The notes beneath the pieces are model-generated. The model worked only from the letters and a program-made list of their open reading frames with translations. It searched no databases and was not told where the DNA came from. Below are positions 52,391 through 61,789 of a DNA stretch of 64,000 bases, piece after piece. Position 1 is the stretch's first letter. Every line of letters starts with the position of its first letter. The position numbers were made by a program, and so were the translations under genes. The DNA comes from a virus, in the IMG/VR virus record IMGVR_UViG_3300031418_000004; one strand, written 5' to 3'.

Positions 52391-53254
52391 TTAGCGAGAA
52401 AGTGTTCCGTCAATTGAGGATATGATGTTTTTCATCAAAATTTCTTCGTCTTCTGATTGTAGATTATTTGGACGCACAAATAATTCCACACTCATCTTGT
52501 CGTCCTTCATGATAGGGCGCAAAGAAATATCCAGATTGATGTAAGAGAACTTGCCTATCGTGGTGTGCGTACGGTTAATCATATTGATGTAATGATTCAC
52601 CTGACCGCGATCCACAACTGTATTAAACTCAGTGTCCACAACGTAGTTCAAAGCATTAACGATAAAGCCTTTGTCTTTGCTTTGAAGCAGCGTAATGGTT
52701 CGTTTTAATTCCGACAAAGTGTGAATATAGAAAACCTCTTTTTCTGTTTTTACACAGGTATCTATAACTTCGTCACTGTCGCGGGAAATAGAACGAGTAC
52801 CCACAAGAATATACAGAGGAACATTTTTTCTGTCAGAAGATTCCACAAGATAGTTTATCTTGTCGCACATAGGCTGGTAAGTTTGCAGAAAAAGATAGGA
52901 ATTTTTGTATTTCTCTTGAAGGGTTATCGGCAAGTATTTAAGAAAATCTTTGTCGATACTGATTAATCGCTTTGGTTGATAAAACTCAATCTTGCTTGTC
53001 ACACGTTCCATGTAATCGTCAAACTCAGGACGAGACAAATTGCGAGTTATCGGAACATAAATAACTGCCGTGGGCTGTTGTAGCATCCCTGCCACAACCG
53101 TAGTGCCGTAGTACGCACCTGCGTAGCTTTGCACCATAACCAAAGTATTTACTTCGGCGCAAACACTAACAGACCAAATCCAGAAACAGAGTCCAAGAAT
53201 TCCGCTAACACAACGTTTGGCGAAGATGGATCTGTATAGACTTTTTCCGGCCAT
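52391..53254 (-). CDS. hypothetical protein with signal-peptide-like N-terminus
   Basis: GGAG lies 7 nt upstream of ATG 53254. RCVSGILGLCFWIWSVSVCA-EV. The first 106 nt overlap the upstream ORF out of frame. Confidence 0.5.
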   Translation of the reverse strand: MAGKSLYRSIFAKRCVSGILGLCFWIWSVSVCAEVNTLVMVQSYAGAYYGTTVVAGMLQQPTAVIYVPITRNLSRPEFDDYMERVTSKIEFYQPKRLISIDKDFLKYLPITLQEKYKNSYLFLQTYQPMCDKINYLVESSDRKNVPLYILVGTRSISRDSDEVIDTCVKTEKEVFYIHTLSELKRTITLLQSKDKGFIVNALNYVVDTEFNTVVDRGQVNHYINMINRTHTTIGKFSYINLDISLRPIMKDDKMSVELFVRPNNLQSEDEEILMKNIISSIDGTLSR

Positions 53255-53934
53255 ACAATTTCTCCGCTTTCATCCGTACAGAAAACAAATCCTTTTCCTT
53301 CTCCAAATTCGTGAGCAAAAGCCCAAAGCGGAGTTGGTGTTTCCTGAATTACAAACATGCTGCGTAAAGAACCTGTTGCCACGTCATCAACTTTAGAATT
53401 TAAAAGCTGAACAGTTTGCGTCAGAGTATTTACGCGCCCGGTATTACTTGTTACTCGCGCATTCATGTTATTCAGCATAACGCCGAAACCTTTCGACAAT
53501 GCTGATTTAACTTCATCGGCATAACTTCGAGGAATAGTTTCGTTTGCTGCGTACGCTTTTGTTTGTCGCGGTAACAGTGCGGCTTCAAGCTGACCGCCCT
53601 TTGCACTCAAAATAACAGGCTCAGGTAAATCTGCTTGATCCCATTTTTGAACACTCGCAAACTCATCATACTCAGAAAGAAGTTTCCAAGTGTTTTGAAG
53701 ATCGTTTGCAGGAGTTTTACTGACGCGCTTATAAACGGATTTATAATTCTGCGCATCAATGTCAGTCACAATCCAAACGCCGTCGAGAGGGAATGTGTGA
53801 TCTGTCGGTTCGTTGTCTGAAAGAATCACAACAACTTCCGGCGCAATTCTGTATACAATATCGTTGCTACTACTCAAGCCTTGCTGCCTGGCCAGTTCAA
53901 CAAGCGTGTCTACATAGCTGCTTAATTTACTCAT
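53149..53934 (-). CDS. hypothetical structural-module protein
   Basis: Long ORF. The preferred start is ATG 53934 (GGGGAA upstream); alternatives are 53940 and 53958. Confidence 0.5.
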   Translation of the reverse strand: MSKLSSYVDTLVELARQQGLSSSNDIVYRIAPEVVVILSDNEPTDHTFPLDGVWIVTDIDAQNYKSVYKRVSKTPANDLQNTWKLLSEYDEFASVQKWDQADLPEPVILSAKGGQLEAALLPRQTKAYAANETIPRSYADEVKSALSKGFGVMLNNMNARVTSNTGRVNTLTQTVQLLNSKVDDVATGSLRSMFVIQETPTPLWAFAHEFGEGKGFVFCTDESGEIVWPEKVYTDPSSPNVVLAEFLDSVSGFGLLVFAPK

Positions 53935-54385
53935 CAGCATTCCCCATAATCGTAGCAAAATGTTTGGCGTAAGCGCCTGCGAAATATTTCAGATTGTCTT
54001 TGGTTATTTCAATCGTCGTGTAGTCGCCTGCGTTATAAACCAAAACAGTTTGCGGTTGATATGGTGCCAATGCAACGGCAGTCAGAAAAGCACGGCCTAA
54101 TGCGCCTGCAATACAAACGCTGACTTCCAATTCAGGAATGAAAACTTCTTCCTGTAAACGCCCTTGATATGTTTCAATAATCTCAGGTGGAATCGAAAGA
54201 ATTTTCGGCGCAGAATAATCAGGACGCAGATCAATCGTGCTGCGATCCGGATAATAAAGAAAAGCATCCGGAGCACTGATATAGCGACCAAACAACTCGG
54301 AATCAACTTCAACAGAAGTAGGCGTAGCTTCTCGCACACGCCCATAAATTTCTCCTGTCTCAGCGTTAACGCTAAGAAAGATCAT
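53927..54385 (-). CDS. hypothetical protein
   Basis: 152 aa. SD AGGGGA. Confidence 0.5.
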   Translation of the reverse strand: MIFLSVNAETGEIYGRVREATPTSVEVDSELFGRYISAPDAFLYYPDRSTIDLRPDYSAPKILSIPPEIIETYQGRLQEEVFIPELEVSVCIAGALGRAFLTAVALAPYQPQTVLVYNAGDYTTIEITKDNLKYFAGAYAKHFATIMGNADE

Positions 54386-54386
54386 C

Positions 54387-55205
54387 TTAATCCCCTATTG
54401 CAGAATAGTAGAAATCCCAGCCTACAGTATTCGCACCAGTGGACTTCAACATAAAGCCACCAAGCAAAACGTTTTCCTTAACAGCAGTTCCATCCAAGTT
54501 ATAGATAGAATAAGTTTTTGCCTGATTTGTTGCGGTATTCAAAAACGTAATTGTTAGTGAAGCACAACGGTTAAGGAAAGGTTTGTTGAACGCAACGTTA
54601 ATCACAGACTGCGAAGCCGGAGCAAGCGCACGTCCGAAGTTTGTTGTGCGTCCTGTGTTTGGATCGAAATCGCTGCCAACATACGCACCAACAATTTCTT
54701 TTCCAGTTAACGGATCAAGTACGCTTGAAACTTCGTACTGATTAATAATTGCATCGCGACCAGCAGGGCCAGTTGGCCCGGTTCCACCTGTCGGCCCTAC
54801 GGGGCCAGTTTCACCAGTTGGCCCGATTGGGCCTGTGTTACCAGTTGGCCCGACGCGACCGCGCACACCACGGATTCCCGGACAACCTGCCTGACCGTCA
54901 CGACCATCTTTTCCGTCTTTACCGTCATTTCCCTGAATACCTTGCTTACCTTGTTTTCCTTCTTTGCCTGCTTTCATTTGATCAGCAGTTGGTAATCCAG
55001 TAACAGTTTTCTGACTTCCATCCGGAAAAACAATTGTGAGTGTTCCGGTGTTGCCGTCAAAACTCGCATTAGATAGATCCGTGCTCGGATCTTTTGAATC
55101 AGGATCAAGAAAGCCAACGAGACTGTCTGAAACTTTTCCAAGCACTTGCGTTTTTAATCCGCTCTTTGGACTGATAAGAGCGGGATCGACTTGAACCAAT
55201 CCCAT
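54387..55205 (-). CDS. collagen-like fibre protein, paralog 1
   Basis: Start at MGLVQVDPAL (GAGGAA upstream), matching the paralog N-termini. About 70 aa of G-X-Y. Globular C-terminal domain of about 120 aa. Confidence 0.75.
   Translation of the reverse strand: MGLVQVDPALISPKSGLKTQVLGKVSDSLVGFLDPDSKDPSTDLSNASFDGNTGTLTIVFPDGSQKTVTGLPTADQMKAGKEGKQGKQGIQGNDGKDGKDGRDGQAGCPGIRGVRGRVGPTGNTGPIGPTGETGPVGPTGGTGPTGPAGRDAIINQYEVSSVLDPLTGKEIVGAYVGSDFDPNTGRTTNFGRALAPASQSVINVAFNKPFLNRCASLTITFLNTATNQAKTYSIYNLDGTAVKENVLLGGFMLKSTGANTVGWDFYYSAIGD
54759..54968 (-). repeat. G-X-Y collagen-like triplet repeat tract
   Basis: [70 protein letters not shown]. Confidence 0.9.
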
Positions 55206-55215
55206 TTTATTTTCC

Positions 55216-55416
55216 TCAAACAAGGCTGATAAATTCAGGCTCGTTAGGTTGACCATAATTAGGATTTTTCAGTTTTGTATTGTTTGGAGTCATACGCACC
55301 CAAACCAAAACTCCATCAGGCCGCTGCCATCGAACCTTCATCCCACCTTTGGTTAAATTAGAGATCCATGCGCCTGTGGATGGATTTTTAATTGCTAATC
55401 TTCCAAGTGACGGCAT
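55216..55416 (-). CDS. small hypothetical protein
   Basis: 66 aa. SD AGAGGAAA. Confidence 0.5.
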   Translation of the reverse strand: MPSLGRLAIKNPSTGAWISNLTKGGMKVRWQRPDGVLVWVRMTPNNTKLKNPNYGQPNEPEFISLV

Positions 55417-55428
55417 ATAAATTTCCTC

Positions 55429-58314
55429 TTAACGATTCACGTCTTCCGGTTCCCAGCAAAGAATCGGACGGCGATAAACCTGAAACACGCCAATAGGTGC
55501 ATACAAACTGCCGTTCAAATATTCTTTGGCGTTTGTACTTAATGCGCCTGTGCCAGTAAGCAAGAATCTACGATCATGCGACCACTGACAACGACCACAA
55601 CTTTCTGCTTCGATTGTTGCATCGCTATCCCAACCAGAAGTTTCAAAAGTTTTATTCCAGCCGTTAAAATGGTGCGTACTGAAACCGCCATTACCTGTAC
55701 TACAAAGAACCATATACTGATAATCAGATTCCAATGTAATGCCGTAATAAGATCCTTTCGGAACACTGGTGCCTTGATCGTTGTAAACTAACTGCCAGCC
55801 TGTTCTGTCTTCCGGGCCAATGCTCATAAACAGAGGGCGACGGATGATCATCATGATGCCGTTTTCTGTTCCGTGATCGCTGCTCTTTGTGCAAAACGCG
55901 TTTGCATAAAAGTTTCGGTCAACAGTAAACAGCGTGGAGTTTGAGAAATCTGCGTTGTAGATTCCAGATCCCCACTTAGGCAACTGACTTGCTTCCGGCA
56001 CAATGAAATGACGTTCCGCTAATTCCAAACTTCCGTAGCGGTCATACGCAAACATGATATATTCATAACCGGGATCGATTTTAATGTTGTGTCCTTGCGA
56101 ACCGGGGCCACTCCATTTCCAAACAACCTGCCAATCATTCGTATCACGTCCTGCTTCACCTTCCACTAAACGATAGTTTCGTTCGTAGACCTGAAACACT
56201 CGCGCACCGCCTGCACCAAAGAATAGTGAGCCGGGATTATTTCTGTCTCCACCACACGAAAGCAAATGATCGGGGCCAGCTTCGTTGTACGCAATGTTGT
56301 TTCCAACACCGTCGAACATTTCCCAATTCATCATTAGATGCGAGGTACACAATTCATTTGGGCCGCTGTCATCCGTTGAAGTAACCAGATATTCTTTCAG
56401 GTTCCCAAACGGATAGTAAACTGTTTCAGCACCAGCGCCTGCATAAACGCGAACCCAATCGTGACTTTGCACAACACTTTGCGCAGCACACGGATTCTCA
56501 ACACTCACGACGTTTTGTTTTGTTTCAGACATTAACAACTTTCTGAAACGATTGTCGCGATAAGTCACCGTGTTTTTAGTGCCGTAAGTTTTATTCAGAT
56601 CCACAATGTCTAAATTTTTCGCATAGCTCATGTGAGCAATACGATTGTGATCATCAAAGCCACGGAACCAAGTTTGATTAAGACTGTCGCGGTTTGTTCC
56701 TGTTGAGAAAGGCCAGCCGTTCGAATCAAAATCATAACCAACATCAAACGTCGCATTTGGATCGCTGCTAATATCGCCTTTCAACATTTCGTTGATTGCG
56801 TTACCTTCACCGATTCCCGGACTGCCTAAACAGTTGTATGCGGATCGATAAGGGAAGTCTGTGCCAAACACACGACGAGAAGCACCGATGCGATACATTG
56901 CTTGAGGTAAACCGCCTGCCAAATGGTTGTAAGCTGTTTCGTCAAACATTGTAACGAGAACCCAAAAGTTTCCGTCAATGCTATTCAGAAATTGTGCCAT
57001 TGCAGCAGCGTTCGCGATGCCTGTTGCACTTCCTTGACCGCCACCGTGAACATCGTACGCACGACGCTCAACAACTTGTTTGGTTGCCTTACTGATTTTG
57101 TATACAGAGTAAGAGCGACCTTCACCCCAACGTTGCCCGTTAATCACGGTATAACCGTTGTAAGTTAATCCGCTATCAATCGCAACTTGATAACCAACGC
57201 AGCGACAAAAAATTGCAGAGCGTTGTTCCAAACTTTGTCCGGTATTGTTTCCCCAGCTAATCGAATGATAACCCGCATCAAGATCGTTTCGCCACGAATC
57301 CGGTTTATACGGAACCATATCAATATCGAAATCAGCACTGAATCCGGAATGAGGTTCAACGCAGCAATACTCGCGAAAATAAAACGGAGAACTTGCGCGA
57401 ATGTCATCGTTAATATCAACAGTGTCGCACATAATCGGATGCCACACGCCGCCCTGACCGCTCAAACTTCCCGGCTTTGGATTTCCATTGTCGTTGTACC
57501 AATAGCCTTGAGCATACCGAACAGCTTGTTTGTAATGGTACTGCTCAACGCCCTGCCAACTGATATGAAAGCCGTAAATTTCAATCGCACGATTTTTTGC
57601 GCGAGTAGTTGCACTCACATAAGTTCCGCGATTGGTGTAAACTCCGAGACGATTGAAAATTGCATCGAAGTTTTGATTACCACGGCCCGGACTGTGTTGC
57701 AGAACAATAAAGCAAACGCCTTCTTTGATTGCCTGCGACATTGCATTAATCATCGTGTCGCTGAAAGTTCTTGCTCCGCTACTCAGCAAAAGCATCACGC
57801 ACGAAAATTGTTTAAAGTAATGAGGTTGACCGTCAAAGCCATAAGCACCTGCCTGAATTTCGTTGTGCATGTGCGGCAAAATGTCATAGCGCTTTGTGCG
57901 AAGATAGTTAATGAACTGACCCCACGCGCCATAATCAGTCTGATTTGTTACGCTGCCTTCATCGCTCATAATCAGCGTTGATCGACCGTGAGTATAGTTA
58001 GCGCCCATATCCATCATGATACGCAATTGGCGAAGTGCGCCAACAATATCGCATACCATTGAATTTTTATAGTTGCCTAACCAACCGCCATTTCCATCAA
58101 CATCAAAAGAATACGGAGTGACAAACGCGCCATTCATAAACACGCTGCCGAATCCGCAAACATAACCCGACGCGTGTCCATCAACTGCGAAACTTGTTAG
58201 AGTTCCCTGATCTTCACTCATGTTTGCATCGACCCAACTCTGGTTATTCTGAACATTAGATCCAGAATAACCACAAGTTAGACCGCGCAGATATAAACAA
58301 CTCTGCTTGATCAT
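55429..58314 (-). CDS. large virion (tail fibre/baseplate-associated) protein with ILEI/PANDER (GG)-like domain
   Basis: 961 aa. Residues ~372-490 are read as GG/ILEI-like: IDSGLTYNGYTVINGQRWGEGRSYSVYKISKATKQVVERRAYDVHGG...MAQFLNSIDGNFWVLVTMFDETAYNHL...MYRIGAS. Confidence 0.5.
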   Translation of the reverse strand: MIKQSCLYLRGLTCGYSGSNVQNNQSWVDANMSEDQGTLTSFAVDGHASGYVCGFGSVFMNGAFVTPYSFDVDGNGGWLGNYKNSMVCDIVGALRQLRIMMDMGANYTHGRSTLIMSDEGSVTNQTDYGAWGQFINYLRTKRYDILPHMHNEIQAGAYGFDGQPHYFKQFSCVMLLLSSGARTFSDTMINAMSQAIKEGVCFIVLQHSPGRGNQNFDAIFNRLGVYTNRGTYVSATTRAKNRAIEIYGFHISWQGVEQYHYKQAVRYAQGYWYNDNGNPKPGSLSGQGGVWHPIMCDTVDINDDIRASSPFYFREYCCVEPHSGFSADFDIDMVPYKPDSWRNDLDAGYHSISWGNNTGQSLEQRSAIFCRCVGYQVAIDSGLTYNGYTVINGQRWGEGRSYSVYKISKATKQVVERRAYDVHGGGQGSATGIANAAAMAQFLNSIDGNFWVLVTMFDETAYNHLAGGLPQAMYRIGASRRVFGTDFPYRSAYNCLGSPGIGEGNAINEMLKGDISSDPNATFDVGYDFDSNGWPFSTGTNRDSLNQTWFRGFDDHNRIAHMSYAKNLDIVDLNKTYGTKNTVTYRDNRFRKLLMSETKQNVVSVENPCAAQSVVQSHDWVRVYAGAGAETVYYPFGNLKEYLVTSTDDSGPNELCTSHLMMNWEMFDGVGNNIAYNEAGPDHLLSCGGDRNNPGSLFFGAGGARVFQVYERNYRLVEGEAGRDTNDWQVVWKWSGPGSQGHNIKIDPGYEYIMFAYDRYGSLELAERHFIVPEASQLPKWGSGIYNADFSNSTLFTVDRNFYANAFCTKSSDHGTENGIMMIIRRPLFMSIGPEDRTGWQLVYNDQGTSVPKGSYYGITLESDYQYMVLCSTGNGGFSTHHFNGWNKTFETSGWDSDATIEAESCGRCQWSHDRRFLLTGTGALSTNAKEYLNGSLYAPIGVFQVYRRPILCWEPEDVNR

Positions 58315-58318
58315 ATTT

Positions 58319-60334
58319 TTATCCGTAGTTAACTGTTACGTTTACGCGCAAGTCAACATATTGTTCGCCGTCTTCTGGAGTGTAGACTGTTACTACGCCC
58401 ACCCAACCATTCGCAGCAGAAGGAAGTTGCGACAAACTCGCTTGATAGATTGTTCCCGTCCATGTAAAACTTGTCGAAACGCCTTTGATACTTCTGTTAC
58501 CAATTGCTAAAGGCCACGGTTCGTATTCCAAAGTTCCATAAAGATCGCCGTGTTTTGTTTCGTTTGTTTTCTGGAAGTATCCACCAGTGTTAGAAACAGC
58601 AGGCGTTAATTGACTGCCTTTGCCGCCTCCTGTAAATCGGTTTCCATCTTGCGTTGCGATACGGAAGTTTAAGTTAACTGTGTGGTCAACATTTCCGTAG
58701 TAACGCAGAACACCTTTTGTTAACGTCCAGTTTGCTTCGCTCGGCGGATCTTCAACACCCAAACAGTTATACGGAACAAGGAAATCACTAACGTTAAAGT
58801 GTGGCGGTTGAATTGGACACCAGCAGAAATAACTCCAATCGCAACCGATACCGCTTGTTACGCGAATCGTGATATTGCTTCGTAAAACATGTTCAGGATA
58901 TTTCCAAAACTCAAGCGTTCCGGTTTGGCCTGCAAGAAGATTTTCAGTATCAAGCAAAGCCATGTTCTGATCGAAAACTTCAAACTTCGTGTCAAAACTT
59001 CCGGCGCGAACCTGAACCAACTGTGCGCGTTGATCGGTTTGAGTTCCAAGTGCAAAGTTATCTTCTGTTGTTGGATGGCCTGCACTTACAACCCAATCGT
59101 ACTGGCAAGGGAATCTGTATTCACGCGCCCCACGTTCGTTAGGACAATACAGTGAATAATAGAAACTACTAATTGCAGCGTTCTTACCAAAATCTTTTGC
59201 AACAACACGCACCATTAAATCATAGTTTTGTGTTCCTGCCGGATCGTAATAAAAGTACAAATAGCCCAATCCACCTTGCGCTTCCTGTGTACTCGCGATG
59301 CGTTTGCCTGCGTGATAAACTTCGATGTAATCCAAGTTATCCCATGACGTAAAGTTTAAATACGTCCAGCCTGCTACGTTTCCGATGTAATGGAAATATT
59401 CGAATGCGTCACTGCCAACAATTCGATCCTGAATAGGCCAAACAGTTGCGTGACACGGCGCAGGAAAAATTGGCGTACCGATATACTCAGGCGTAATCAC
59501 ATCCGGATAAGTTAAAACATCGTACGCTGCCTGACTATCAAGCGGCAAGTTTGCGCGGTCACTGGTTGCATTAAGTTTAGGTGGAATAACTTGAAGACTC
59601 CAGTTGGCACCTTGCGAACTACGCACACGAATCATGATACGCATTTCATCAGCATCAGGATCGTTTAAAAACTTAATGCGTCCACGTCCACCAACTTTAC
59701 CACAAGTAGAAGCAACGCGAATTCCTTCGGCATAAACGTCAACACTCAAACCTTCTGCGTGATAACTTGCAAAAGAAATTTCAACGTATCCTTCCTGTCG
59801 TGGAATTGCATAAACAGTTTCAGTGATTTGCGCACCGCGACTGTGAACACTCGCCCACGGAACGTTTGGATTTGTCCACGTTCCTAAACCTGCTTGCGAT
59901 GCGAGGCCAGTAGGATCGTAACTTTCAATCGTGCGAATTCCCGGACGCGTTATATATCGTGAAGTTGGAGAAACGTTTCCGATTCCAACTCCAAAACCTG
60001 TGCGCATTGCATCAGGTAAATCATAACCGCCCGGATAACCTTTCAACGGATCGTATTTAGGGCCACGCGAACCGTCGCCTGTTCCACTTCCTTTTGTTGT
60101 GGAAGTTGGCGAACCGCCACAGTTCCCGACTTCCTGATTGATACACGGATCATCAAAGTCTGGATCATAATTGGCGTCGATTTCGTACCAGCGTTTCCCA
60201 TGCAATCCGCGCACTGCGAAAGTATCAACAGTTAATGGTTGCCATGTTTTATCTTTTGTTCGAACGAACATCGGAGTATCAGCGCAATCTAACCAACCGT
60301 TATTCGCTTTATTTCTTACGCGAAATCTTGCCAT
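58319..60334 (-). CDS. large virion structural protein, hypothetical
   Basis: 671 aa. SD AGGGGAA. Beta-rich and Trp/Tyr-rich. No motif. Confidence 0.5.
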   Translation of the reverse strand: MARFRVRNKANNGWLDCADTPMFVRTKDKTWQPLTVDTFAVRGLHGKRWYEIDANYDPDFDDPCINQEVGNCGGSPTSTTKGSGTGDGSRGPKYDPLKGYPGGYDLPDAMRTGFGVGIGNVSPTSRYITRPGIRTIESYDPTGLASQAGLGTWTNPNVPWASVHSRGAQITETVYAIPRQEGYVEISFASYHAEGLSVDVYAEGIRVASTCGKVGGRGRIKFLNDPDADEMRIMIRVRSSQGANWSLQVIPPKLNATSDRANLPLDSQAAYDVLTYPDVITPEYIGTPIFPAPCHATVWPIQDRIVGSDAFEYFHYIGNVAGWTYLNFTSWDNLDYIEVYHAGKRIASTQEAQGGLGYLYFYYDPAGTQNYDLMVRVVAKDFGKNAAISSFYYSLYCPNERGAREYRFPCQYDWVVSAGHPTTEDNFALGTQTDQRAQLVQVRAGSFDTKFEVFDQNMALLDTENLLAGQTGTLEFWKYPEHVLRSNITIRVTSGIGCDWSYFCWCPIQPPHFNVSDFLVPYNCLGVEDPPSEANWTLTKGVLRYYGNVDHTVNLNFRIATQDGNRFTGGGKGSQLTPAVSNTGGYFQKTNETKHGDLYGTLEYEPWPLAIGNRSIKGVSTSFTWTGTIYQASLSQLPSAANGWVGVVTVYTPEDGEQYVDLRVNVTVNYG

Positions 60335-60348
60335 GTCATTCCCCTACG

Positions 60349-61224
60349 TCACAAGCAAGAGCGTACGGCTTTCCAATAAACAGGCCGTCCGATTTTTCTC
60401 GCGATAGATTTAGCCACAGCTTTCGCAAAAGCATTTTTGGATTCATATTCTTTTCCATGAGTCTTAAACTTTTCACGGACGGATCGAATCATGATAGGTT
60501 CGAATCCAGTATTATTTTTGCCAGACTCAATAGGCGGTAGACCTAAAAACTTCCAGTTGCCGCCTGTCGATGTTTTCTGCAAAACTCGTATCGAAATATC
60601 AACGCCCTGTTCTTCTTTGAACTTTCGTGCGTGTTCGGTAACAGTAAGAGATCCATCGTAAGAAAGCATAAACTCTTTCACTTGTCTGCGATTAAGTTTT
60701 GCTTTAGATGTGTTCTCACCGTACATATAGTTTTCATTTCGAACTCTATCCTTCATGTTGGAAGCATCAGTTCCCCACGCAAGATTTTTAATATCGTTGT
60801 TGTAGGGATCATCATCCAAGTGACGAATAAGAGTGGCACCTTTTGGACGAGGTTTGCCGAAACATTCCATAACCAGTTGGTGAACTTTTACTTTCTGCCG
60901 CGTTCCATCCCCACGCTCGACAAAGAATCTTGCGTAGTCATCAGCACGACGAGTAAAAGATAACAGGAAGTTTTTAGTGTACGACCAGACGCGACCATCA
61001 GAATAGACAGCATAACGTACGCCATACAAATCAACGTCCTTATACTTTCCTTCTGGCGGCGCAATGTCTTTGCATTTAATTCCTTTCAGAATTTTAATAG
61101 CGTACTGAACGGAAATTTCGTAATGACGAGCAAGCTCGGAATAGGATTGGAATTTTTTTGCATCCCAATCCCTACGAATGTTTTGAGCACGTTCAAATGC
61201 TTCTGCCGTTTTCAATCGAGCCAT
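60349..61224 (-). CDS. free-standing HNH homing endonuclease
   Basis: VKVHQLVMECFGKPRPKGATLIRHLDDDPYNNDIKNLAWGTDASNM (HNH_3 type H...N...N). NUMOD4-like YGVRYAVYSDGRVWSY. HTH-like N-terminal and C-terminal segments. SD GGAGAAA. Confidence 0.8.
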   Translation of the reverse strand: MARLKTAEAFERAQNIRRDWDAKKFQSYSELARHYEISVQYAIKILKGIKCKDIAPPEGKYKDVDLYGVRYAVYSDGRVWSYTKNFLLSFTRRADDYARFFVERGDGTRQKVKVHQLVMECFGKPRPKGATLIRHLDDDPYNNDIKNLAWGTDASNMKDRVRNENYMYGENTSKAKLNRRQVKEFMLSYDGSLTVTEHARKFKEEQGVDISIRVLQKTSTGGNWKFLGLPPIESGKNNTGFEPIMIRSVREKFKTHGKEYESKNAFAKAVAKSIARKIGRPVYWKAVRSCL

Positions 61225-61284
61225 AAGATTTCTCCAGTGTGGTTTGGTTCAAATTACTATATTTACCCAAACCGCACCGAAAAA

Positions 61285-61776
61285 TTATCCCTTCACCCAA
61301 ATTGTCCCCGGAGCAATGTCATCGCGATCAAGTGCTGGATCAGAAATTTGGATAAACACGGCAACAACTCCATCTTTACCAGCAGGGCCAGTTGCGCCAG
61401 TGTTACCTGTTGGCCCGACATTACCGCGACCACCACGCACACCTTGCTTTCCGGATAAACCGTCATTGCCTCGCGAACCCGGACAACCATCAGCACCGCG
61501 ACCACCATCAGATCCCGGCGTTCCGTCGATACCGTCGCGACCGTCTTCCCCATCAGGGCCAATCGGCCCAAGTCCAATATCATTCGGCGTTGTGAATCCG
61601 CTGATTGAAACTTTTCCCACGTTAGGAATATTTAAAACGAGAGTTCCGCTAAGACGATCAAAGTTTCCGTTTAGTGTATCGTCGCTAACTTCTTTAACAA
61701 CGAGTCCACCATTTTCGGCAGTAACTTCTCCTGCGCCGTCTGTTTTAATTAAACTTAGATCAACTTTTTCGACCAT
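61285..61776 (-). CDS. collagen-like fibre protein, paralog 2 (short)
   Basis: Start MVEKVDLSLI after AGGAG. About 67 aa of G-X-Y. C-terminus VVAVFIQISDPALDRDDIAPGTIWVKG. Confidence 0.75.
   Translation of the reverse strand: MVEKVDLSLIKTDGAGEVTAENGGLVVKEVSDDTLNGNFDRLSGTLVLNIPNVGKVSISGFTTPNDIGLGPIGPDGEDGRDGIDGTPGSDGGRGADGCPGSRGNDGLSGKQGVRGGRGNVGPTGNTGATGPAGKDGVVAVFIQISDPALDRDDIAPGTIWVKG
61369..61569 (-). repeat. G-X-Y collagen-like triplet repeat tract
   Basis: GPIGPDGEDGRDGIDGTPGSDGGRGADGCPGSRGNDGLSGKQGVRGGRGNVGPTGNTGATGPAGKDG. Confidence 0.9.
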
Positions 61777-61789
61777 GATTATTTTTCTC

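Noticed and set aside
57187-57981. 264-aa + strand ORF inside the 961-aa structural gene, plus similar long antisense ORFs (507-1139, 13780-14343, 15037-15480, 30949-31476, 35418-35984, 36280-36882, 36867-37337, 45798-46286, 49323-49796)
   Set aside because: All lie antisense to longer ORFs that have SD sites, operon context and protein-like sequence. None has a recognisable motif or RBS. I treat them as non-coding shadows.
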